A program made the translations under genes and the position numbers. The notes under the pieces were generated by a model. The model saw nothing but the letters and a program-made list of their open reading frames with translations, did not search any database and had not been told where the DNA came from. From Veleropilina oligotropha (lineage: Eukaryota): 64,000 nucleotides of DNA. The DNA lies in contig JBEUKZ010000036.1 in assembly GCA_048128005.1 (NCBI GenBank), positions 248,001 to 312,000 on the forward strand, given 5' to 3'. Below are positions 11,109 to 21,322 of the stretch, in pieces. Positions within the stretch are counted from its first letter, which is position 1, and the number at the start of each line of letters is the position of its first letter.

Positions 11109-13168
11109 TTAAGGTGTTGTTCCACTTCCCTGGTACTCCATGCGCATGGCTTAAGGTGTTGTTCCACTTCCCTGGTGCTCCATGCGCATGGCTTAAGGTG
11201 TTGTTCCCCTTCACTGGTACTCCATGCGCATGGCTTAAGGTGTTGTTCCCCTTCACTGGTGCTCCATCCACATGGCTTAAGGTGTTGTTCCACTTCCCTG
11301 GTACTCCATGCGCATGGCTTAAGGTGTTGTTCCCCTTCACTGGTGCTCCATCCACATGGCTTAAGGTGTTGTTCCACTTCACTGGTACTCCATGCGCATG
11401 GCTTAAGGTGTTGTTCCCCTTCACTGGTGCTCCATGCGCATGGCTTAAGGTGTTGTTCCACTTCCCTGGTACTCCATGCGCATGGCTTAAGGTGTTGTTC
11501 CCCTTCACTGGTGCTCCATCCGCATGGCTTAAGGTGTTGTTCCACTTCCCTGGTACTCCATGCGCATGGCTTAAGGTGTTGTTCCCCTTCACTGGTGCTC
11601 CATGCGCATGGCTTAAGGTGTTGTTCCCCTTCACTGGTGCTCCATGCGCATGGCTTAAGGTGTTGTTCCACTTCCCTGGTACTCCATGCGCATGGCTTAA
11701 GGTGTTGTTCCCCTTCACTGGTGCTCCATCCGCATGGCTTAAGGTGTTGTTCCACTTCCCTGGTACTCCATGCGCATGGCTTAAGGTGTTGTTCCACTTC
11801 CCTGGTACTCCATGCGCATGGCTTAAGGTGTTGTTCCCCTTCACTGGTGCTCCATGCGCATGGCTTAAGGTGTTGTTCCCCTTCACTGGTGCTCCATGCG
11901 CATGGCTTAAGGTGTTGTTCCCCTTCACTGGTGCTCCATGCGCATGGCTTAAGGTGTTGTTCCACTTCCCTGGTGCTCCATGCGCATGGCTTAAGGTGTT
12001 GTTCCCCTTCACTGGTGCTCCATGCGCATGGCTTAAGGTGTTGTTCCACTTCCCTGGTACTCCATGCGCATGGCTTAAGGTGTTGTTCCCCTTCACTGGT
12101 GCTCCATCCGCATGGCTTAAGGTGTTGTTCCACTTCCCTGGTACTCCATGCGCATGGCTTAAGGTGTTGTTCCCCTTCACTGGTGCTCCATGCGCATGGC
12201 TTAAGGTGTTGTTCCCCTTCACTGGTGCTCCATGCGCATGGCTTTAGGTGTTGTTCCACTTCCCTGGTACTCCATGCGCATGGCTTAAGGTGTTGTTCCC
12301 CTTCACTGGTGCTCCATCCGCATGGCTTAAGGTGTTGTTCCACTTCCCTGGTACTCCATGCGCATGGCTTAAGGTGTTGTTCCACTTCCCTGGTACTCCA
12401 TGCGCATGGCTTAAGGTGTTGTTCCCCTTCACTGGTGCTCCATGCGCATGGCTTAAGGTGTTGTTCCCCTTCACTGGTGCTCCATGCGCATGGCTTAAGG
12501 TGTTGTTCCCCTTCACTGGTGCTCCATGCGCATGGCTTATGGTGTTGTTCCCCTTCACTGGTGCTCCATGCGCACGGCTTAAGGTGTTGTTCCACTTCAC
12601 TGGTGCTCCATGCGCATGGCTTAAGGTGTTGTTCCCCTTCACTGGTGCTCCATGCGCATGGCTTAAGGTGTTGTTCCACTTCACTGGTGCTCCATGCGCA
12701 TAGCTTAAGGTGTTGTTCCACTTCACTGGTACTCCATGCGCATGGCTTAAGGTGTTGTTCCACTTCACTGGTACTCCATGCGCATGGCTTAAGGTGTTGT
12801 TCCACTTCACTGGTACTCCATGCGCATGGCTTAAGGTGTTGTTCCACTTCACTGGTACTCCATGCGCATGGCTTACGGTGTTGTTCCACTTCACTGGTAC
12901 TCCATGCGCATGGCTTATGGTGTTGTTCCACTTCACTGGTGCTCCATGCGCATGGCTTAAGGTGTTGTTCCACTTCACTGGTGCTCCATGCGCATGGCTT
13001 AAGGTGTTGTTCCCCTTCCCTGGTACTCCATGCGCATGGCTTAAGGTGTTGTTCCCCTTCCCTGGTGCTCCATGCGCATGGCTTAAGGTGTTGTTCCCCT
13101 TCCCTGGTACTCCATGCGCATGGCTTAAGGTGTTGCTCCACTTCCCTGGTGCTCCATGCGCATGGCTT
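11109..13168. repeat. 42-bp minisatellite, ~49 copies
   Basis: Unit ttaaggtgttgttcc(a/c)cttc(c/a)ctggt(a/g)ctccat(g/c)cgcatggc repeated head-to-tail. Confidence 0.98.
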
Positions 13169-13709
13169 ACAAGAGAGGGTTCAAATCCTTGGCTGAGAGA
13201 TTATGTGAAGGTAACAATGACTATAACTGGTAAATAATAATATTGGTAAAGGACAGCATTGAATTCATACAATACCACATGATAATAATAGCTCCATTAT
13301 TCTTTCATCTAGAGAATGCTTACTCTGCCACATTTGATAATTACACAATTTTGCAGTTAGACCATGAGCAGACTGCTCCAATAGTTGAGTGGATAAGACA
13401 TGTAACAGCGCAGGCCCTGAATTCATTCGCTTGGCTGCTTACAGGTCGTATCCATGGCTGGGAACTCTTTGTTCAGTTAACAATCACAGTTGTCAATAAT
13501 TGGCCCGTGTCGACGGATTTTAAGGACATGTTCTAATGTGACCCTATTTGGTGTTAAAATCATAATGGGATACTAAGCATACAAATTGAGCAAGGATAAA
13601 CTACACGACAGGCTGTCTCACACATACCGAAGACCATGCGAAGAACTTGCTTACTGATGAATTTGTTGTTGTTTTAACGAATATAATAATTATTATCATT
13701 GTTTTTCAG

Positions 13710-13871
13710 GATGTTGATGGAGAAAATGGATTGTGTGACAGCATTAGCAACATTTTGAAGCTAGCAACATTTGGTCCAGACGCTGACCAGCCGTATGTAG
13801 CAACCGTTCGCATAGAAATAAAACATGACACAGAAAGCGATAAACATTACTTTAATGTCGCGGCTAAGTGA
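13710..13871 (+). CDS. Putative terminal coding exon of host gene 1 (DVDGENG...HYFNVAAK*)
   Basis: Acceptor gtttttcAG, phase-0 start, open to TGA at 13869-13871, ATTAAA at ~13923. Confidence 0.5.
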   Translation, partial: DVDGENGLCDSISNILKLATFGPDADQPYVATVRIEIKHDTESDKHYFNVAAK

Positions 13872-14630
13872 CATTAGATTTGTACGAATGATGTCTTTAT
13901 GTTAGTCAGTATGCACATGTACATTAAAATGCTTTAGAAGTTGCAGCTTATATGGGTGATTTTCTCAATACTGCAGAAACGAACGTGTTTAAAATCTCAG
14001 AAAAAAACACTGAATTTTTTATGGTAGACAGGGTAGGCCATATAGTGTAAAGCTGATATATGAGCAGAGCTGATTTCCTCCAATTTTTATTCGGACGATG
14101 ATGTTATAGTCTACCGGCATGGGTTTTTCCACTCCGTTACCATTTAGAAAACATGAAGTTTTGTGATGATGGGCAAATCAAAATGCCTCTACAATCTTCA
14201 CAGACTTGCATCTAATGGTATCCTTACCAATATAGAAGTCAAGAAGTAGTTCATCAGTTTTGAATACTTTGAAACATATTGACAAAATGTAACGGAGTGA
14301 AAAAATTGGTAACGGAGTGGAAAAGGAGAACTGGTAAACACTATTTTGCACATCTAAAGTATTCATAATCATATATCTCTTATCACGCGGCCGGCGGGAC
14401 ATCCCGCCCGCAGCATAATGTCTGCACAGCACGGCTGGCGGGATATACCGCCTTATGGCAGGTAGTCACTTATGGTTATTATTAGAATGGAATTCTCTGA
14501 CGTCATTTTACCCAGTATTCATTTCCGGATATAACAAACATGGCTGACGACATGTGTCGTATGAATTCTATGCATTTAAGGTGGATTAACGGTTGTTTAC
14601 AAAGCGGTCGCAAATCGAAATTTTACAAAA

Positions 14631-16451
14631 ATGGATGACGCAATATTTGAAGACATCGTTGCGGCATCGGACAGCGAGGATGAGAACTTTTATGGGTTTG
14701 CGGCACGTAATTTGCACGAAGATGAGCCTACGTTAGGTGATGAACTATTGGAAATTGAACTGGATCAAGACGACATAGATGAAATTGAACGAGAAATAGA
14801 CGAAGAAGAATGCAACCCGAGGTTTGAAGCTTACTATTGTGCGTGGCTGAGGAAATTTACTTCTAAATGTGGATAAAACCATATTGACTTTGATGCATCG
14901 CCTTGTGGTATATTTTAACTTATATTTACTGATGAAATAATCGAAATATTAGTTACTGAAACAAACAAATATTATTACCAGTATTTGGAATCTCAGGGTG
15001 GCATTGATAACTTGAAGAAATTTGCGCGTACAAGATTTTGGTCAGATGTATACATGGCGGAAATGAGGGCATTTTTAGCGATGTTATTGTACATGGGACT
15101 AGTAGGACTACCCAATTATGAAATGTATTTGAGTGCAGACACTTTGATTTCCTTCAAAGGGTTTACTTCCCTGATGCCTCGAGACAGATTTCTAAATAAT
15201 TTATCATTCTTTCATGTGGCTGACAATAATCAAGTGCCATTATGAGAAGACCCAGCATATGACCCGGCATATGACCTGGCATATGACCCAGCATATGACC
15301 CAGCATATGACCCGGCATATGACCCAGCATATGACCCAGCATATGACCCGGCATATAAAATATCAAATATTTCAGCAAAACTTATTCAGCGTTGGCAGTA
15401 TTTATTTACACCAGATAGAGAAATATCTGTTGACGAAACACTGGTTCCTTTCAAAAGAAGGACAAAGATTCTACAGTATATCCCCAGTAAACTGCATAAA
15501 TGGGGGCTAAAAGTGTGGACATTATCCGATTCTAAAACAGGATATGTTTATAACTGGGATCTGTATAGAGCAAAGGAAATCCTGATCCAACGAATCGAGG
15601 TATTGCTCACCGTGTTGTTGCTGATTTGTGTACACCATGATATAATCGTGGTCATCATGTATATTGTGACAATTTCTTTACATGACCAGCTCTATTTCAG
15701 ACTGGGGGCATGTGGAACATTGAGAACGAATAGAATTGGCGTCCCACAAGAGGTAAAACTGTCCAAACCAGATAAAGGAGACCCCCCTATGGTGTGTAGA
15801 GATGAACATAACTTATATATCACTTTGTGTGATAAAAGATTGGTGCATCTAATGACAACAGTGCACAATGGTTCAACCTTTACAAAAAGAGTAACGTCCA
15901 TATTTCATGGTGACCATATTCGAGAGGTATCCAAGCCGAGAGCTATTCAATTGTATACACAACATATGGGTGGCGTGGATTTGGCTGACCAGCAAACTGC
16001 ATAGAGTGTACTGGTCCACAAGATGTTGAAGTGGTGGAAAAGACTTTTTGTGTGCAATCTGCTAGAAGTCAGTGTGGGAAACGCGAAAGTTATATGGAAA
16101 TATTTCAACCCAAACAAACGAGTGAAGTCGGATAAATTTCGTTTATCTGTGATCCACGGCTTACTGGAAGGTTTTGAGAGACAAAAAAACAAAGTGTTTG
16201 CTAGGACACCATCAAATCCTCCACGCCGGCTCTTGGAAAGGCACTTTCTTGCTGCCAATCCGCATCAAACAGCAGGAGGAAGAAAGTCTAACCCAGAATG
16301 CGAGGTTTGCTCAGACCGCTCCCAAAAGCGCCATCAGACATCATGCATTTGCTTGGACTGTAATATGCCTCTTTGTCCCTTTCCTTGCTTCCTAAGATAT
16401 CTTACTCTTCTAAAATACAAAATTGCATGTACTGCAGATCTCCACCAATAA
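14631..16451 (+). pseudogene. piggyBac (PGBD-like) transposase, broken by stops and frameshifts
   Basis: Acidic N-terminus, EMRAFLAMLLYMGL, MPRDRF, SVDETLVPFK, DSKTGY, CDNFF, GACGTLRTNR, YTQHMGGVDLADQ, KWWKRLF, C-terminal CEVC...CLDCNMPLC..PCF. Confidence 0.9.
15249..15356 (+). repeat. 12-bp tandem repeat (GACCCAGCATAT x9) inside the transposase
   Basis: Nine adjacent units reading DPAY in the transposase frame. Confidence 0.95.
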
Positions 16452-17053
16452 TATGTTGGTAACAGTTATATGGTAAGACTTGCTGCTAAGCACGTATGAT
16501 TATTTTATTACAAAATAGATAAAACTTTCTCTGAAGCTTGTTTGAACATGAAGATTAGTCTCATATCTTGATATCTGTAATAGAAAACATCCAAAACATT
16601 GTTTAATTATAATGTATACATTTTAGTAATACGACATAAAAATTGTCAATAATTACTCAGTGGCTGCGTGTAAGGGGAGATAATTGGGTATGTAGCATGA
16701 TAAGAGATATTATACTGTAAAAGAGTGTTTTACTTAACATAAAATAGAATTATGGTGATTATTTTCATTCTGTTGCTCCTTCCCTTCACTCCACTCCACT
16801 CCATTACAAGAAATGGTAACGGAGAGGAGTAATGGAGTGGAACATTTTTTCATGAAATTGGGTAGTAGCCATCATACACTTGGGAATAATTTGAAGATTC
16901 CTGTTATGCATGAAGCCATCTTTCACTAATTTATCAATGACATTTAAAATGTTTTTTCTATGTTTCCATGGTAACTAATGAAGGTAACGGAGTGAAGATT
17001 AAAAAGTATACTCGTCTGATTCATCACATATACAGGACAATATTTAAAACAAG

Positions 17054-17308
17054 GAGGAATTATGCTTAATGTCCTGTATATTTATAACATCAAGGTTCAA
17101 GGCAGGACATGTCCGTGTTATCGCGGGAGGAAACCCCGGTCACCGGGTAAACCCGCCCTCTTCGGCCAGTCACGGACAACTGTGCTTCATAACTTGAACA
17201 AATGTGTGGTGCCTCAGCCGGGGGTCGATCCCACTACTGTTCGCGTCAGCGGAAACAAGCCAGTGAGTTTAGAGTGGACACTCTACCCACTGCGCTACCG
17301 AAGCGGCC
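17054..17308 (-). mobile_element. tRNA-derived SINE, family 1
   Basis: Minus strand starts GGCCGCTTCGGTAGCGCAGTGG (A box), B-box-like GGATCGACCCC; 13-bp duplication TATTTAAAACAAG at 17041-17053 and 17309-17321; second copy at 51141. Confidence 0.85.
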
Positions 17309-18234
17309 TATTTAAAACAAGAAGTTTGACATTGCCATGTGCAATGAATAATAGCTTTGGGGTTTACACAAGCATTCTTTTTTTAATGGACCATATCTCA
17401 TACTTCATGGGAGGAGCCTCTATATTGATGGTAATGGAGTGGAGGTAATTTTAATACTTCATGGGAGGAACCTCTATATTGATGGTAACGGAGTGGAGGT
17501 AATTTTCTCGGACATCAATAAAAACTGATTTTTTTCAAAATGGAGATTTTGGGATGGGATTTTAGGCTACGATATCGTACTACTAACAATAATGAATAAT
17601 AATTTGTTTTGTGAGGTAAGCAGCAATGGAAACTGCTGACGAATTTGACAAAGAATGTTATCACCCTGATTTCGGACGTTGATATATGTAGGTAAAATCA
17701 TCATTTAAACATGAAATAATAAAAAATGAGACAGAATACACCATTGAGAATTTAATATTTGATATAAAATGACTCAGGCCATTTTTAAATGGATAATATT
17801 TTTCCTGATACCTATCCATTACAAAATAACAGGCCCGAACATGAATTATCCATATTTCTGCCTGTACAGTATTGATAAAATCACCCATATACATTGTTAT
17901 GTTATTCATATTCTTGAACATCAACTGAAAAAGTAAGATGTTAAAATAAAAATGCTATCCAGCTTCGTGTCGTTGGATATGGAAGTTTATTTCCAAAGTT
18001 TAACAGTATATTCAATTATACCTATTTGCAGGATCTCTGGAAAGTGCTTTAATGGAAAATAGCAAATAAGAAGAAATAAATATACCTCAATTGTCCTAAT
18101 GCAAAATCTGGAATCCACTTAATAATTGTTTTTTGGTAACTATAAAATTTTGATAAGACTAGACTTCAAATAGTTATTTTAGAATCAAAATGTGTAAACT
18201 TGCTCTGCTCTGAGTCTTCATTTAGTTTTTATCA

Positions 18235-18494
18235 TTTTTTATGCCACCACCAATTTATTGGGGTGGCATTTAGATTTACTCTTGTCCGTCCCGTCCGTCC
18301 GTCCCGTCCCGTCCATCCCGTCCCGTCCGTCCCGAAACCAGTATTTGCGTGTAAGCAACTCCAATCTGCTATAACTTCTATTTGCCTTCATGGATTGACT
18401 TGATACTATGGATTGACTTGATACTTTGTGCACTGCCCCTATGGTCAAGGCTGCCAGTTGGGGAATTCGTGTCCGATGGACATATTTCTAGTTT
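18235..18494 (+). mobile_element. Short Helentron-associated (HINE-like) element, family X
   Basis: tttttatgccaccaccaatttattggggtggcat head palindrome, (CCGT)n microsatellite, tail gtgtccgatggacatatttctagttt; near-identical copy at 34381. Confidence 0.8.
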
Positions 18495-18575
18495 AATTGT
18501 ACATTTCGTTAGCAACTGTTTAATTTTTCTTGTCTTCAGCGGTGAAGTTGCTGAAATGGCTGCTGTTGGATCCAT

Positions 18576-19055
18576 GCCAGAGATCTGCCAGTCTCCCAGG
18601 TAGGGACCACTCAGTGGCAGACAACTCTGTCTCTACGCCAGAGATCTGCCAGTCTCCCAGGTAGGGACCACTCAGTGGCAGACAACTCTGTCTCTACGCC
18701 AGAGATCTGCCGGTCTCCCAGGTAGGGACCACTCAGTGGCAGACAACTCTGTCTCTATGCCAGAGATCTGCCAGTCTCCCAGGTAGGGACCACTCAGTGG
18801 CAGACAACTCTGTCTCTACACCAGAGATCTGCCAGTCTCCCAGGTAGGGACCACTCAGTGGCAGACAACTCTGTCTCTATGCCAGAGATCTGCCAGTCTC
18901 CCAGGTAGGGACCACTCAGTGGCAGACAACTCTGTCTCTATGCCAGAGATCTGCCAGTCTCCCAGGTAGGGACCACTCAGTGGCAGACAACTCTGTCTAT
19001 GCCAGAGATCTGCCAGTCTCCCAGGTAGGGACCACTCAGTGGCAGACAACTCTGT
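18576..19055. repeat. 61-bp tandem repeat, ~8 copies
   Basis: gccagagatctgccagtctcccaggtagggaccactcagtggcagacaactctgtctcta(c/t) at 61-bp spacing. Confidence 0.97.
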
Positions 19056-19129
19056 AACCGCTATATTATGTCTCATCAAATAAGCGTGCAGTCATTAGTG
19101 GCGGACATCTCGGTAACTGCCTGGCTTAT

Positions 19130-19260
19130 TCTAAGGCTTAAAACTAATAGATGGCATATCCCTAATGTATGTCGGTCAGATCTGAGTGAAACCTTAAACC
19201 GGGTGTCCCGACCGCGATAAAGCTGAAAAATTGTCAAAAAAGTGGTCGTTAAACAAATCT
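19130..19260 (+). mobile_element. SINE family 2, 3' fragment (uninterrupted paralogue of the DIRS-B target)
   Basis: gtcagatctgagtgaaaccttaaaccgggtgtc...gctgaaaaattgtcaaaaaagtggtcgttaaacaaat is the reverse complement of the sequences flanking DIRS copy B (33171-33196 and 50610-50710). Confidence 0.7.
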
Positions 19261-21322
19261 ACCTCATTCAAAGTAGTGAGCTGCTGTATCACCATAGTGG
19301 TGTATCCTTATGACACTCGAGCAACAGGGGTGGGGGGATGTTGTTACCGTGTTATCAACAAAAATGTATTTATTATTAAATTTTGAAACAATCATGATAG
19401 TGGGGACATGAGGTAATGCAAAATCTTAGAATAGACATAATAACTATTAATAAATGCATACGTTAACTATTGCATATTTCATCTTGACTACAGAAATAAA
19501 ACTGTGAGCCATCCATGCATTGACAAAATCAGACAAACAGTTTACTGGTATGTCATGTATACAATGCTATACATGTATTGATTTATGAAAAGACTCCACA
19601 CTGCTGCAGGTGATGCTGTTGCTTTTTATAGATTTATCTATGTCGTCCAACAACACAGCTTTTTTCTGTGGTTACAGAATGGGGTTCCTTCACCAACAAA
19701 TATCTCACTTGATATTCAAGAGGTGGTCATACCTGTTATTAAGTGGTATTTTTTGTTTTAACCCCTTCCTCACTTGGTCAAAATTTCTCGCATTTTCTGT
19801 TAACCTATGGCTAAAATTTTTGCACCAAACGATGCATGATGGAACACTCTTTAAACGCATATATAAAAATGATTCCCACGGTTGTTTTCATCCAGCTATG
19901 TTCAAGCAAACTTAGCGGAAGTTTCTTATATTGTTCAGTACATGTATATATATATGAGGAGTTCATTTCCAAAATGCGATATATGCCATATTTTTATATT
20001 TTGCACAAGTATGTAAAATGTATGCAGTTTCTGTATCTGCATCATGTACTCTGATTTATTTGTTGATAAACTGATATATTCCACATTATACAACGAAGGA
20101 AAGTCCATTCATTCCAAACCGTGATATGTGACACATGGTTAATTCAGCAAACACTGATATATCCATCAACCAATCAGCGTTGTCCAATATGGCCACACCC
20201 ATAATTACACTGCGAAAACTTGCGTCTTCAACGTGTTGTCGTTCATTTCAAGCTATGAATGACATATATGAACCCGAGGCTTTCCAACCACGTTAGTGTG
20301 GGACTGTGTCAATATTACCAATGCTGTTTACACGACAATAAACTACAATGCAGCACATACGTTATTGAATTAAATGGATATGTCGCATATGTAGTTACAA
20401 ACTTACTTACGTCCTTACACTTGCCATAATAGTCATATTATCGCCAACCGGAAACAGTGAATAATGTCACATTTATGCACTATTAAGTCAAAACACTACG
20501 ATTACCTCCCCTGCTCCCCCTCTCTAAGTTCCCCCGGCGAGATCTCGCCAAGTCTCGCGAGATATCCGAGCTCAAGATCACAAGACCTCAATTCAAAGTT
20601 TTCCGCCATTACGGGAAAACGTGTTTTGTTTTTGCTCCGCATATTGTCCGTATAGGATATCTTTCTAATAAGACTTATAACAGGATAACAAGGTTATAAG
20701 CACTGGAATATACTCAGTGGAGGAAATATAACATCAGTGAAAGAAAGAAGATTTGTTCTTAAACTTCGAAGAAAGTTGAAAGGAACGGGAAATCGACATC
20801 GCCGCCGTTGCCGAGAAAAGCAAGGGCCGCTCAGAGGGGAAGTTTCGCTAATAAGGAAATTTCTGGTCGGTATATTTATCTGATATTGTTTGAGACTGCA
20901 AACAAGGTAACTCATTATATTGGATAATTCCTTAACGACGCGTATTGCTGGTAATTATTGTTTAAATATTTAGCGTCGTTAAAAGGCAGGATTGTTTAGA
21001 TATCAACTTTAGTTATTCTGATATCCTGCCGTTACTGGGATAATACGCCACCGTACTAACTTAAAAACATCCACGAGGTTTTCAGGTGTTTTCTTGGGCG
21101 TTTTTTTCTAAGAAAGAACCCCCGTTTGTTTAGTCTATTTGCCGGGTTTTATTAACCGGCCTCTGTGTTCCCAGTTCGGGGTTATTTTGTGGTATATCGC
21201 CTGATCTTTGATCTTCAGATTAGGGCAATCTAAAGAGTTGTAGTAGTAAAAGTCACAACTACCAAACATATACTTTTTTAACTACCCCGTCCACCCACTA
21301 CCACCCTCCCGTGTATTTAGCT

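Larger units (their letters stand above)
14377..16706 (+). mobile_element. piggyBac-like DNA transposon with ATAT target duplication
   Basis: ATAT-CTCTTATCACGC ... GCATGATAAGAG-ATAT enclosing a decayed piggyBac-type transposase. Confidence 0.8.
13949..17891. mobile_element. Unclassified TIR element hosting the piggyBac-like element and a SINE
   Basis: tatatgggtgattttctcaatactg (13949-) versus cagtattgataaaatcacccatata (-17891); ggtaacggagtg motifs on both sides of the nested inserts. Confidence 0.7.

Noticed and set aside
11109..13168. CRISPR-like array
   Set aside because: Units are contiguous with no unique spacers, no cas genes, eukaryotic context; the same applies to the arrays at 18576, 30183 and 60425
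11052..13237. 714-aa Cys/His-rich ORF and overlapping ORFs on both strands (metal-binding protein?)
   Set aside because: They arise from a 42-bp unit (multiple of 3) lacking stops in several frames; no credible start or unique domain; the array lies between two candidate exons
13949..17924. Apparent paralogous peptides YMGDFLNT (+) and YMGDFINT (-, ORF 17661..17924)
   Set aside because: The similarity is the terminal inverted repeat of a DNA element, not duplicated exons
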